Shown here piece after piece: positions 29,136-39,662 of a DNA stretch of 64,000 nt. The notes beneath the pieces are model-generated. The model was not told where the DNA came from and searched no databases. It saw only the letters and a list, made by a program, of their open reading frames with translations. The translations under genes and the position numbers were made by a program. This DNA is from Proteobacteria bacterium DTSAM18 (GTDB lineage Bacteria; Myxococcota_A; UBA796; GCA-2862545): positions 259,580 to 323,579 of the forward strand of contig JARACJ010000006.1 of NCBI GenBank assembly GCA_028767165.1. Direction: 5' to 3'. The stretch's first letter is position 1; the number at the start of each line of letters is the position of its first letter.

Positions 29136-30674
29136 TCAGCGTCGCCGCCTCCACAGCAGCAGCGGCAGCAGGACCCACCCCCACGTCGGGGTGGGCGTCC
29201 CGGTGCACCCCACGTCGGCGTCCGGCAGCGGCAGCCTGGCCTTGCCCGCACCCCAACGAGGGTCGTCGTAGCGTCCCTGCTGATCGCTGAAGGCCCACGC
29301 CTTGAGCTTCTGGGTGGCCTCGAAGGCCGTGAGCTCGGGCTCCCGGGACATCACCAGCGCCACGGCCCCCGCGACGGCCGGCGTGGCCGCCGAGGTGCCG
29401 AAGAACCCGTTGAGCCCCTCCTGGGCCACCGTGACGCCATCAGGACCGGCGATGTCGGGCTTCGCGGCGCCGCCGCGCACGGGACCCTGGCTGGAGAAGC
29501 GCTCGATGTCGTTGCCGAGGTATCCCTCCGAGAACACCGCCCCCACCACGAAGGCCCAGGGATGCGGGGAGGGATCGGCCATCGACGTGTAGGGCTCGCC
29601 ATCGACCACCGTGCCCGACAGCACCTGCACGTCGACCTCGAGCCAGGACTCCGCCACCCGCTCACTGCCGATCTGCAGCCAGTACCCGCCCTCCTCCGGC
29701 ACCGAGGCCGTGAGCCGCTCGATCGGCGAGCAGGGGGTCTCGTCGCGGTGCTGCAGGGCATCCGAGCGGCCCCAGATGCGGCCGTCGTCATCGACGACCC
29801 GTGCCCACAGATCGGAGCGGCCGCAGTCGAACCACTCGTCCCAGTTCACGTAGATCTGCTTGGCCCCGGCGCTCCGGAAGGAGATCGGCAGCCCCCGGGG
29901 ATCGTCGAAGTCGAGCGTGCCGTCGCCATCGACGTCGAGCCAGGGGCCCGTCCAGTGCTGCCTGGCGTAGTTGCCCGACGACGTGACCAGGACCACACCG
30001 GCCGCCTGGAGCCGATCCACCACCCGCGCGAAGGGCCCCGAGCCGTCGTAGAAGGAGGAGTTGAAGAAGGACATCGACATGCTGATGAGGTCGATGTCGT
30101 TCTCGATCGCCCAGTCGGCGGCCGCCTGGAACGTGGTGAGCCCGTTGACGCGCACCGCGTGCAGCTCGGCATCGGGCGCCACCTCGGCAATGATCTGTGC
30201 GCAGCCCACCCCGTGATCCCCCTGCTCGAACGCGAAGCGGGGCGAGCCCGGGTCCATCTGCACCTCGCAGGAGGGATGGGCGAAGCAGTCGTGGGTCGCG
30301 TCGAGGTGCAGGTCGGGCCAATCGGCAAAGCCCGTCCACTGCAGGTCGAACACGGCCACCTTGACCCCCTGCCCGCGGTAGCCGGCGTCGTGCCACGCCT
30401 GGGCCCCGAGCGCCGCGATGCCATCCACCATGGGCCAGCCGTCGATGTGGGCGATGGGCTCCAGCGGCAGCCGTTCGTCGGCGCCGGCCGGCAGCAGCGC
30501 ACCCTCCGAGGAGCGCGCGAGGGCCCCCGGTGCGGCTGGATCGGTGGAGTGGAGGAAGCCGGGATGCTCGAGGAACGGGCGGTCCGAGCCATCCTCGGGC
30601 CATCCGGCCAGCGCCGCACCCGCCAGCATCCACAGCATCAATCCGCCCCCCGCACCCGACCGAATCGCTGCCAA
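29136..30674 (-). CDS. Secreted subtilisin-like serine protease (peptidase S8) with a C-terminal MYXO-CTERM-like sorting tail
   Basis: Signal peptide. Catalytic motifs 'VKVAVFD' (Asp), 'HGVGCAQI' (His) and 'GTSAATPAVAG' (Ser). C-terminus is 'GCTGTPTPTWGWVLLPLLLWRRRR'. Confidence 0.8.
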   Translation of the reverse strand: MAAIRSGAGGGLMLWMLAGAALAGWPEDGSDRPFLEHPGFLHSTDPAAPGALARSSEGALLPAGADERLPLEPIAHIDGWPMVDGIAALGAQAWHDAGYRGQGVKVAVFDLQWTGFADWPDLHLDATHDCFAHPSCEVQMDPGSPRFAFEQGDHGVGCAQIIAEVAPDAELHAVRVNGLTTFQAAADWAIENDIDLISMSMSFFNSSFYDGSGPFARVVDRLQAAGVVLVTSSGNYARQHWTGPWLDVDGDGTLDFDDPRGLPISFRSAGAKQIYVNWDEWFDCGRSDLWARVVDDDGRIWGRSDALQHRDETPCSPIERLTASVPEEGGYWLQIGSERVAESWLEVDVQVLSGTVVDGEPYTSMADPSPHPWAFVVGAVFSEGYLGNDIERFSSQGPVRGGAAKPDIAGPDGVTVAQEGLNGFFGTSAATPAVAGAVALVMSREPELTAFEATQKLKAWAFSDQQGRYDDPRWGAGKARLPLPDADVGCTGTPTPTWGWVLLPLLLWRRRR

Positions 30675-31162
30675 TCTACCACGAGGCCCTTGCGACCCGG
30701 CACAAGCCAGTTGGCGAACCGCCCCGTGGCCCGCTGATCGGCGGCCCAGGTGTGGGTCAGGGCGTGGCGTTCGTCGCCTTCGGTGACGTCGAGGGTGACG
30801 ACCAGCTGCGCCTGCGGCGGAACCAGCAGCGGATCATGGGCGATGACGAGGGTGGCCACGCCCACGAAGACCCCGTCCGGCGCGAAGTCGATCCGGGCGG
30901 GCAGGGTGCGGCCGTCGACCGTCCAGTGGGCGTCGAGCCCCTGCAGCGTTCCCGCCCGACCGAGTCCGAGGGTCAGCTGGACCGCCGCCCAGGACCCGGA
31001 CCAGTCCCGCCAGGTGGCGACCACAGGCGAGACCCGCAGCCCCAGCCGCCCGAGACGCCAGCGCCATCCCTCCAGACCGACCGCGGCGACCAACGCCGCC
31101 GCGCCCACCGGCAGCGCCAGCGCGGCATCCGCCGCCAGCGCGCCCACGGGGGCCAGCGCCAT
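30638..31162 (-). CDS. Hypothetical membrane protein
   Basis: Hydrophobic N-terminus; overlaps the 3' end of the S8 protease gene. Weak call. Confidence 0.3.
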   Translation of the reverse strand: MALAPVGALAADAALALPVGAAALVAAVGLEGWRWRLGRLGLRVSPVVATWRDWSGSWAAVQLTLGLGRAGTLQGLDAHWTVDGRTLPARIDFAPDGVFVGVATLVIAHDPLLVPPQAQLVVTLDVTEGDERHALTHTWAADQRATGRFANWLVPGRKGLVVDWQRFGRVRGAD

Positions 31163-31334
31163 CAACCACAGCCCCGGCCTGGACCGGACCAACCAGGATC
31201 TGGGATCCACACGACCTCCCTTGTCCTTGTGTACTGATCCGGACGGGTCCTGCCCGCCACCCCTTTCCCTCCACACGCAGGTGCCTAGAGTGGTACGGTT
31301 CACCGTGGATCACACCACCATTCCGGGGGAAATC

Positions 31335-32666
31335 ATGGGTTTCTGGGACCGCGTCAAGGGACAGATGGGCGCGCAATTTCTCGACGTCATCCAGTGGCTC
31401 GACGACAGCAACGACACCATCGTGTACCGCTTTCCGATCCACGACCAGGCCATCACCGACCAGTCCAAGCTGGTCGTCCGTGAGGGCCAGGCCGCCGTGT
31501 TCATCGCCGAGGGCCAGCTGAGCGATGTCTTCGCCCCCGGCACCTACACGCTCGATACGCCCAACTCGCCCATCCGGTCGTTCTTCGACTCCATCAAGTA
31601 CAACATGCAGCTGCCCTTCAAGGGCGATGTGTACTTCGTCTCCACCCGCCAGTTCACGAACAACGGCTGGGGCACGCCCAACCCGATCATGATGCGCGAC
31701 CCCGAGTTCGGCCCCGTCCGCATCCGGGCGTTCGGTACCTACTCCTTCCGGGTCACCGATCCCGCCCGCTTCATGCGCGAGATCGTCGGCACCGACGGCC
31801 ACTTCACCACCGACGAGATCAACGGGCAGCTCAAGAAGCGCCTCGTCTCCTCCTTCGCCACGGCCATGGGCCAGTCGAAGATCCCGATCCTCGATCTCGT
31901 GGGCTCCTACGATGCCCTCGGCGAGAAGGTCCGCGACGTCCTCAGCCCGAAGTTCGAGGCCGAGTACGGTGTCAGCCTCACCGACATCACCATCGGCAAC
32001 ATCTCCCTGCCCACCGAGGTCGAGAAGGCCCTCGACGAGCGCAGCAAGATGAGCGTGCTCGGCAACCTCGACCAGTACACCAAGCTGAAGACCGCCGACG
32101 CCCTCGAGGCCGCCGCCTCCAACCCGGGCATGGCGGGCGCGGGCGTGGGCATGGGCGTGGGTGCCGGCATGGGCCACGCCATGGCCCAGTCGACGGCAGG
32201 CGCCCAGGCCTCCGGCAGCACGCCGCCTCCGGCTCCCGCCGCGGGCACCTGGCACTACAACGGCCCGTCCGGTCAGGCCCAGCTGAGCACCGCCCAGGTC
32301 ATCGAGAAGATCCAGGCCAACCCCACGGCAAGCCACCACCTGTGGAAGGCCGGCTGGCCGAGCTGGAAGCCCCACACCGAGGTGCCCGAGATCGCCTCCG
32401 CCATGCCGCCCGCACCTCCCAGTGCGCCCCCGCCGGCCCCTGGTGAGACCACCTGGCACTACCACGGCCCCTCCGGCAGCAAGGAGCTCACCACCACCGA
32501 GGTGGTCGCCGAGGTCAAGGCGGCCCCCGATGGCGAGCACCACGTCTGGAAGGAGGGCTTCGACGGCTGGAAGAACGCCGCCGACGAGCCCGAGATCGCT
32601 GCCAGGCTGAAGGCGGGCCCCCCGGCCCCGCCCAAGAAGAAGGGCCCTCCGCCGCCGCCGAAGTAG
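31335..32666 (+). CDS. SPFH/band-7-like domain protein with two C-terminal DUF4339 (GYF-like) repeats and a proline-rich tail
   Basis: N-terminal SPFH-type region ('MGFWDRVKGQ..'). Two 'TWHY.GPSG...L......V.....HH.WK.G...WK' modules separated and followed by PAPP/PPPPK stretches. GGGGGA RBS. Confidence 0.6.
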   Translation: MGFWDRVKGQMGAQFLDVIQWLDDSNDTIVYRFPIHDQAITDQSKLVVREGQAAVFIAEGQLSDVFAPGTYTLDTPNSPIRSFFDSIKYNMQLPFKGDVYFVSTRQFTNNGWGTPNPIMMRDPEFGPVRIRAFGTYSFRVTDPARFMREIVGTDGHFTTDEINGQLKKRLVSSFATAMGQSKIPILDLVGSYDALGEKVRDVLSPKFEAEYGVSLTDITIGNISLPTEVEKALDERSKMSVLGNLDQYTKLKTADALEAAASNPGMAGAGVGMGVGAGMGHAMAQSTAGAQASGSTPPPAPAAGTWHYNGPSGQAQLSTAQVIEKIQANPTASHHLWKAGWPSWKPHTEVPEIASAMPPAPPSAPPPAPGETTWHYHGPSGSKELTTTEVVAEVKAAPDGEHHVWKEGFDGWKNAADEPEIAARLKAGPPAPPKKKGPPPPPK

Positions 32667-32667
32667 C

Positions 32668-33549
32668 GTGACCCCTTCCACGAGAAAGCACCTCACACGG
32701 TGGCTGGGCCTCGGCCTGGCCGCCGTGTTGTTGTTCCTGGCGGTGCGTCGGCTCCAGTGGCCCACGCCCGAGCAGCTCGGCCTCGTCGCCGCGCCCCGGC
32801 TGCTCCTCCCGGCCCTGGCCCTGTTCAGCCTCGGCTTCTGGGGGCGCGTGTGGCGGCTGCGCTGGCTCGCCGGGTCGGGGGCATCCCTGCCCACCGTCTG
32901 GAAGGCCCACGGCCTCGCCTTCCTCTCCCAGCTCGCCCTGCCGTTCAAGGCGGGCCTGGTGCTGCGGCCAGCGGTCATCCACCGCTACCTGGGCATCGGC
33001 CTGCGCCGCAGCATCGGCGTCGTGTTCGCCGAGCGGCTGGGAGATGTCTGGTTCCTGGCCGCCCTGAGCATCCCCTTCGCGTCCACGCTGCTCGGCGCGT
33101 CGCCCCAGGTGGCCGCCGCCGCCCTGGTCGGCGCCGTCCTCGCCGGACTCCTGGTCATCCCCCTCATCCGCAGCTGGCAGCCCCAGCTCATCGCCCCTAC
33201 CTTTCGGCTGGTCACCATTCCCGGCATGGGCCACTCGCTGCTGGCCATCGTCGGGCCGCTGGCGGGCGGTATCTGGCTGGCCACCGAGACGGGCCTCGGC
33301 CTCGCCGAGCTGGGCTGGTGGGCCCTGGCCGTGCACTGGGCCGCAGCGATCGTGCCCACCCCGGCGGGCATCGGCGCCTACGAGGCGGTCAGTGCCGAGT
33401 TCCTGCTGCGCCATGGCGTCGATCCGGGCCTGGCCGCGGCGGTCACCGTGCTCTCCCACGCCCTCGGCGTGGGCACCCAGATCGCATGGAGCGGCGCCGC
33501 CCACGTGAGGCGACGCCGCTCCGATGTGCCCGAAGGCTCCACCGACTGA
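32668..33549 (+). CDS. Lysylphosphatidylglycerol-synthase-TM-region-like (UPF0104) polytopic membrane protein with a GTG start
   Basis: Six to eight TM helices and a family-like pattern. GTG start 1 nt after the preceding stop. Confidence 0.5.
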   Translation: MTPSTRKHLTRWLGLGLAAVLLFLAVRRLQWPTPEQLGLVAAPRLLLPALALFSLGFWGRVWRLRWLAGSGASLPTVWKAHGLAFLSQLALPFKAGLVLRPAVIHRYLGIGLRRSIGVVFAERLGDVWFLAALSIPFASTLLGASPQVAAAALVGAVLAGLLVIPLIRSWQPQLIAPTFRLVTIPGMGHSLLAIVGPLAGGIWLATETGLGLAELGWWALAVHWAAAIVPTPAGIGAYEAVSAEFLLRHGVDPGLAAAVTVLSHALGVGTQIAWSGAAHVRRRRSDVPEGSTD

Positions 33550-33553
33550 CGGA

Positions 33554-35317
<1,764 letters not shown>

Positions 35318-35487
35318 GCTCTGCCTCCATAGTGGGCCGGACCTAACGCCTGCGGCGCCCCATCTCCAGCCCCGGACACGACAAAAGCGGCCCGGAACGG
35401 AGCCGCTTGGAATGAGGGATGCGCTGCAGGCGGACGCTGCACATCCCGGGTGCCCACCGGGCCCATGAAGAGCCCTCGTGGGGTGCC

Positions 35488-35751
35488 TCAGCCTTCGGAG
35501 CCGTCGCCGATGGCCTCGACGGGGCAGTTCTCGAGGGCCTCGTAGCACTGGGCCAGCTCGTCCTCGTTGGAGGGCTGCTTGTAGCAGACGTCGTGATCTT
35601 CATCGTCGGACATCTGGAAGTTGTTGGGCGCCGCGTCGGAGCAGACGGAACAGAGGATGCACTCCTTGTCCACGTAGAAGCTGTACTTCTTGCCGTTGAT
35701 GACGGTGTCGCCACCGACGTTGTCTTCCCAGGCCTCGTTCGGATCAGCCAT
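35488..35751 (-). CDS. fdx: Small ferredoxin ([3Fe-4S]/[4Fe-4S], CxxCxxxC...CP type)
   Basis: 'CILCSVCSDAAP...CP' cluster-binding motif. 87 aa. Confidence 0.7.
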   Translation of the reverse strand: MADPNEAWEDNVGGDTVINGKKYSFYVDKECILCSVCSDAAPNNFQMSDDEDHDVCYKQPSNEDELAQCYEALENCPVEAIGDGSEG

Positions 35752-35847
35752 TCGTCGCTCCTAGGGTGCTTGTCAGGAGGGCCCACCTACCCTGTTTCGG
35801 TCGCGGGATCCAGATGGGGGACCGTGAAGTCCACTACCCCCGCCGAA

Positions 35848-35865
35848 TGACGCCCCACGGCGTCA
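35848..35865. promoter_or_regulatory. Perfect 7-4-7 inverted repeat TGACGCC-CCAC-GGCGTCA, ~40 nt upstream of sufE in the fdx/sufE divergent region
   Basis: Seen directly in the sequence. Candidate operator. Confidence 0.3.
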
Positions 35866-35904
35866 CTCCCCCGACCCGGTTATCCCCTGGGCGCAGGAGG
35901 CAAG

Positions 35905-36303
35905 ATGGACCTGAAGGAGATCGAGGAGAACTTCGAGTTCCTCGAAGACAGCGAAGAGCGGTTCGAGTACCTCATCGAGCTCGGCAAGGGCCTCGACGAC
36001 TTCCCGGACGACCAGCGCACCGACGACAACCGTGTGTACGGCTGCCAGTCGAAGGTCTGGCTCATCAGCGAGCAGGCGGGCGACCGCATGACCTTCCAGG
36101 CCGACTCCGATGCGTTCATCGTGCGGGGCCTGCTGCGCATCCTGCTCGCGCTGTACAACGACAGGACCCCGCAGCAGGTGGGCGAGGCCGACGCCGAGGG
36201 TCTGTTCGAACGCCTCGGGCTCGAGGCACAGCTCACCCAGGGCCGCCGCAACGGCCTGCACTCCATGATCAAGCGCATCCGACAGATCGCCGCCGAGGCC
36301 TGA
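35905..36303 (+). CDS. sufE: Cysteine desulfuration protein SufE (Fe-S assembly sulfur acceptor)
   Basis: Conserved 'R.YGCQS.VWL' active-site Cys region. Confidence 0.8.
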   Translation: MDLKEIEENFEFLEDSEERFEYLIELGKGLDDFPDDQRTDDNRVYGCQSKVWLISEQAGDRMTFQADSDAFIVRGLLRILLALYNDRTPQQVGEADAEGLFERLGLEAQLTQGRRNGLHSMIKRIRQIAAEA

Positions 36304-36319
36304 GCCCCGGCGCGACCCC

Positions 36320-37336
36320 TCAGCGGTGTTCGTCGCGTTCGTGCTTGCGCTCGCGGTTGAACAGATCGTGCATGGCCGCCTGTGGCGACTTGCCCTTGTG
36401 GACGATCTCGTAGATCTGCTCGCACAGCGGCAGCTCCACGCCCAGGCGGGCGCCCAGATCGTGCACGGAGTGGGCGGTGACCACGCCTTCCGCCACCTCG
36501 CCGAGCTCCTCGAGGATGTCGTCGAGGCTGCGGCCCTGGCCGAGCGCCAGGCCGACCCGTCGGTTGCGGGAGAGGTTGCCGGTGCAGGTGAGCACGAGGT
36601 CGCCCATGCCCGCCAGACCCATCAGCGTGAGGGGATCGGCCCCCATGGCGACGCCGATACGGCTGATCTCGGCCAGACCGCGGGTGATGAGCGCGGCGCG
36701 GGCGTTGGCCCCCATGCCGAGGCCATCGCTGATGCCGCAGCCGATGGCCATGACGTTCTTGACCGACCCACCGAGGGCGGCACCCACCACATCGTGGATG
36801 TGGTAGACCCGCAGCCGCTCGCCGTGGAAGGCATCGGCCGCCAGGGTGATGGCCGCGTCGTCCACACCCGCCACCGTGGCGCTCGACGGCAGGCCCTGGG
36901 CCAGCTCGAGCGCGAAGGTGGGCCCGGTGAACAGGGTGATCCGCCGGTGGAAGGCCTCGGGGACCTCCTGGGCGATCACCTCCGGCATCAGGGCGAGGGT
37001 CTCCTCCTCGATGCCCTTGGTGGCGCAGCAGATGTGCGCCCCTTCCTTGAGGAACGGTGCCGCCTGCTTCATGACGGACCGCAGGGCGTGGGAAGGTACC
37101 ACCGTGACGAGCAGGTCCGCACGGGCCACCGATGCCGCAATGTCGGGATCGGCACGCAGGCCCTCGGGGAACGGCACGGAGGAAATGTACCGGGGATTGC
37201 GCCGCTCTTCGTTGATCGCGGCACAGTGCTCGGGGTTGTGGTCCCACAGGACCACGTCATGGCCATTGCGGCACAGTTGGATGGCGAGGGCGGTTCCCCA
37301 CGAACCGGCGCCGAGGACGGTCACGTCCAATCCCAT
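36320..37336 (-). CDS. gpsA: NAD(P)H-dependent glycerol-3-phosphate dehydrogenase
   Basis: 'VLGAGSWGTALA' Rossmann motif and GpsA family conservation throughout. GAGGTGA RBS. Confidence 0.85.
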   Translation of the reverse strand: MGLDVTVLGAGSWGTALAIQLCRNGHDVVLWDHNPEHCAAINEERRNPRYISSVPFPEGLRADPDIAASVARADLLVTVVPSHALRSVMKQAAPFLKEGAHICCATKGIEEETLALMPEVIAQEVPEAFHRRITLFTGPTFALELAQGLPSSATVAGVDDAAITLAADAFHGERLRVYHIHDVVGAALGGSVKNVMAIGCGISDGLGMGANARAALITRGLAEISRIGVAMGADPLTLMGLAGMGDLVLTCTGNLSRNRRVGLALGQGRSLDDILEELGEVAEGVVTAHSVHDLGARLGVELPLCEQIYEIVHKGKSPQAAMHDLFNRERKHERDEHR

Positions 37337-37452
37337 GATCACCTCATCACATCGTACTGGCCGCAGCATACCCCGGTACGGTTTTCTCGGAGCGTGATCT
37401 TGCGGGTCGGGCGTGCATCTCGTACGAGGGGCGCGACCTACCCGGAGCCATC

Positions 37453-38412
37453 TTGCGCATCGGACTCGCCATTCAACGGGCGTCTTCCATGGACACCACA
37501 TGGTCCACGCCCTACATCGCGGCCGCCCTCCTCCGGGCCGGTCATCATCTGTGGGTGTTCGAGCGCGGCTCGGAAGAGGTCCAGGTCAGTGGTCGCATCA
37601 CTGCACGTGCGTTCCACTTCCCCCCCGGCCCCATCACCGCCGCAGAGCTCCTCACGGCCCTGCACAGCCGGACCGCCACCCGCGTGCTCGTCCGCCTGCA
37701 GGAGCTCGACGTGCTGCTGCTGCGCCGGGCCCCCATCGACTGGGCGCTCCTGGGCATGGCCACGCGCCTGGAGCAGGACGGCGTGCAGGTCGTCAACCGA
37801 CCGATCGGACTGCTGGCCGTCACCGACAAGCGGTGGCTGGCGTCGCTGCCGGACGTGCCGAAGCCGGCCACGCTCGTCACCCGATCGTCCGGTCAGGCCC
37901 AGCTGTTCTACGAGAGCGCGTCCGGGGAGGTCATCATGAAGCCCGCCCGGGGAAGCGGAGGCCGTGGGGTCCACCTGCTGCAGCCGGGCCGTCCGGAACG
38001 GTTCATCCAGGCCTTTCTCGCCCTGACCCGAAACCAGCAGGCGGTCACCCTGCAGTACTACGTCCCGGAGGCGGAACAGGGAGAATCCCGCGTACTGTGG
38101 ATGGACGGACGCGTACTGGGCGGATACCTGCGGCACCGCTCGGCGGGTGAGTTCAGGCACAACCTGAAGCAAGGCGGTACGCCTGGCCCTCTCGAGCTGT
38201 CGAGCCAGCAGATGCACGCCATCGACAGGCTCACCCCGCATCTTCGTGCTGCGGGGATCACGTTTGCGGGACTTGACCTGCTGGGACCCTATGTTCTAGA
38301 AGCCAACGTCCTCAACCCGGGGGGGGTCTACCACACCGACCGGATTCACGAAGTTGATACGGCTCAATCGGTGGTTCGACACCTCGAGGCAATGACATCC
38401 ACCTCACCCTGA
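37453..38412 (+). CDS. ATP-grasp enzyme, glutathione-synthetase/RimK-like
   Basis: 'KPARGSGGRGV' and 'YVLEANVLNPGG' ATP-grasp signatures. Confidence 0.55.
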   Translation: MRIGLAIQRASSMDTTWSTPYIAAALLRAGHHLWVFERGSEEVQVSGRITARAFHFPPGPITAAELLTALHSRTATRVLVRLQELDVLLLRRAPIDWALLGMATRLEQDGVQVVNRPIGLLAVTDKRWLASLPDVPKPATLVTRSSGQAQLFYESASGEVIMKPARGSGGRGVHLLQPGRPERFIQAFLALTRNQQAVTLQYYVPEAEQGESRVLWMDGRVLGGYLRHRSAGEFRHNLKQGGTPGPLELSSQQMHAIDRLTPHLRAAGITFAGLDLLGPYVLEANVLNPGGVYHTDRIHEVDTAQSVVRHLEAMTSTSP

Positions 38413-38428
38413 ATGGGAGCCAGATCTC

Positions 38429-38830
38429 ATGGGTGCACCACGTCCCTACACCAAGAAACAAGTCATGGACATGATCGCGAGGGGTAGCTCCCTGGCCGAC
38501 GCCGATCTGCGTGGCACCGATCTGTCCGGCGTGTGCTTCGACGGCGCCGACCTGCAGCGCGCGAAGCTCGCCGACTGCAACCTGGCCAAGGCCACGTTCC
38601 GTGGCACCGATCTCACCAGCGCCTCGCTGTGGCACGCCGACTGCAAGGATGCCTGCTTCGACGAGGCCATCCTCGTCCACACCGATCTCGACCTCACCAA
38701 CCTCGATGGCGCCACCTTCCGGGGTGCCCGCATCCGCAAGTCCATCTTCCCCATCACGCGCGTCACCCAGGATCAGATCCTCCGCTCCGTGCGCACCGGC
38801 CGGAAGATCGAGATGCAGTCGTTCCGGTGA
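38429..38830 (+). CDS. Pentapeptide-repeat protein
   Basis: Tandem A(D/N)LxX pentapeptides (ADLRGTDLSGVCFDGADLQRAKLADCNLAKATFRGTDL...). Confidence 0.75.
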   Translation: MGAPRPYTKKQVMDMIARGSSLADADLRGTDLSGVCFDGADLQRAKLADCNLAKATFRGTDLTSASLWHADCKDACFDEAILVHTDLDLTNLDGATFRGARIRKSIFPITRVTQDQILRSVRTGRKIEMQSFR

Positions 38831-38838
38831 GCGAGGCC

Positions 38839-39597
38839 ATGGGCCCGGCCGCGGTCGATGCCCACTGCCACCTCCACGACCCGGCGTTCGCCGATGCCCT
38901 CCCTGCCCTGCTGCAGGAGGCCCGGCGAGCCCGGGTCGCGTGGGTCTTGAGCGCCACGGACCCTTCGAGCTGGCAGGCCACCGCCGAGCTCGCCCGCCGG
39001 GAGGGCATGCCCTACACCCTCGGTCTGCACCCCTGGTGGCTGCGTGAGCTCTCCGACGACGACGTGGACCATCACCTGAAGGCGCTGGGCGACTGGAGCG
39101 ACCTGCACGGCATCGGGGAGAGCGGGGTCGACTTCCTGCGCGACACGGATCCGCACGACCGCCAGCGGAGCCTCGACCTCACGATGGTCCACCTCGACAT
39201 CGCCGAGGCCCGCGGCCTGCCCCTGGTGCTGCACTGCGTCCGTGGCTGGCACGGTCTGCATCCCCTGCTGAAGGCCCGCCCCCCCGAGGTCCCGGTGATG
39301 CTCCACGGCTTCATCGGCAGCGCCGACCAGGCCCGTCAGGCCATCGACCTCGGCTGCGTGCTGTCGGTGGGCCCCACCGCGCTGCGCTCCCCGAAGACCC
39401 TCGACGCCCTGCGGGCCGTGGGGTCCGCACACGTGCTGCTCGAGTCCGACGGCCCCACGCGCCGGGGCGAGGGCCCGACCATCGTGCTCTCGATCGCCGA
39501 GGCACTCGGCAGACTGTGGGGCGTCGACACGCACGAGGTGCTCGAACGCACCCGCACCACGGCTGCCCGCCTGTTTCCTGCGCTTTCGAGCCGCTGA
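38839..39597 (+). CDS. TatD-family metal-dependent hydrolase/DNase
   Basis: 'DAHCHL', 'GE.GLD', 'HCV' and 'ESDGP' TatD motifs. Alternative GTG start at 38827 overlaps the preceding stop. Confidence 0.75.
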   Translation: MGPAAVDAHCHLHDPAFADALPALLQEARRARVAWVLSATDPSSWQATAELARREGMPYTLGLHPWWLRELSDDDVDHHLKALGDWSDLHGIGESGVDFLRDTDPHDRQRSLDLTMVHLDIAEARGLPLVLHCVRGWHGLHPLLKARPPEVPVMLHGFIGSADQARQAIDLGCVLSVGPTALRSPKTLDALRAVGSAHVLLESDGPTRRGEGPTIVLSIAEALGRLWGVDTHEVLERTRTTAARLFPALSSR

Positions 39598-39662
39598 CGG
39601 GGCCCTTTGCCCTTCGCTGCAGGTGCGGTACAAACGGACGGTAGCCCGGGGGTCCTTCCATC

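Noticed and set aside
35488-35751. Slightly lower GC of the ferredoxin gene as a sign of horizontal transfer
   Set aside because: It is a small, highly conserved gene, and the modest GC difference is consistent with amino-acid composition (Asp/Glu/Asn/Lys-rich) rather than foreign origin.
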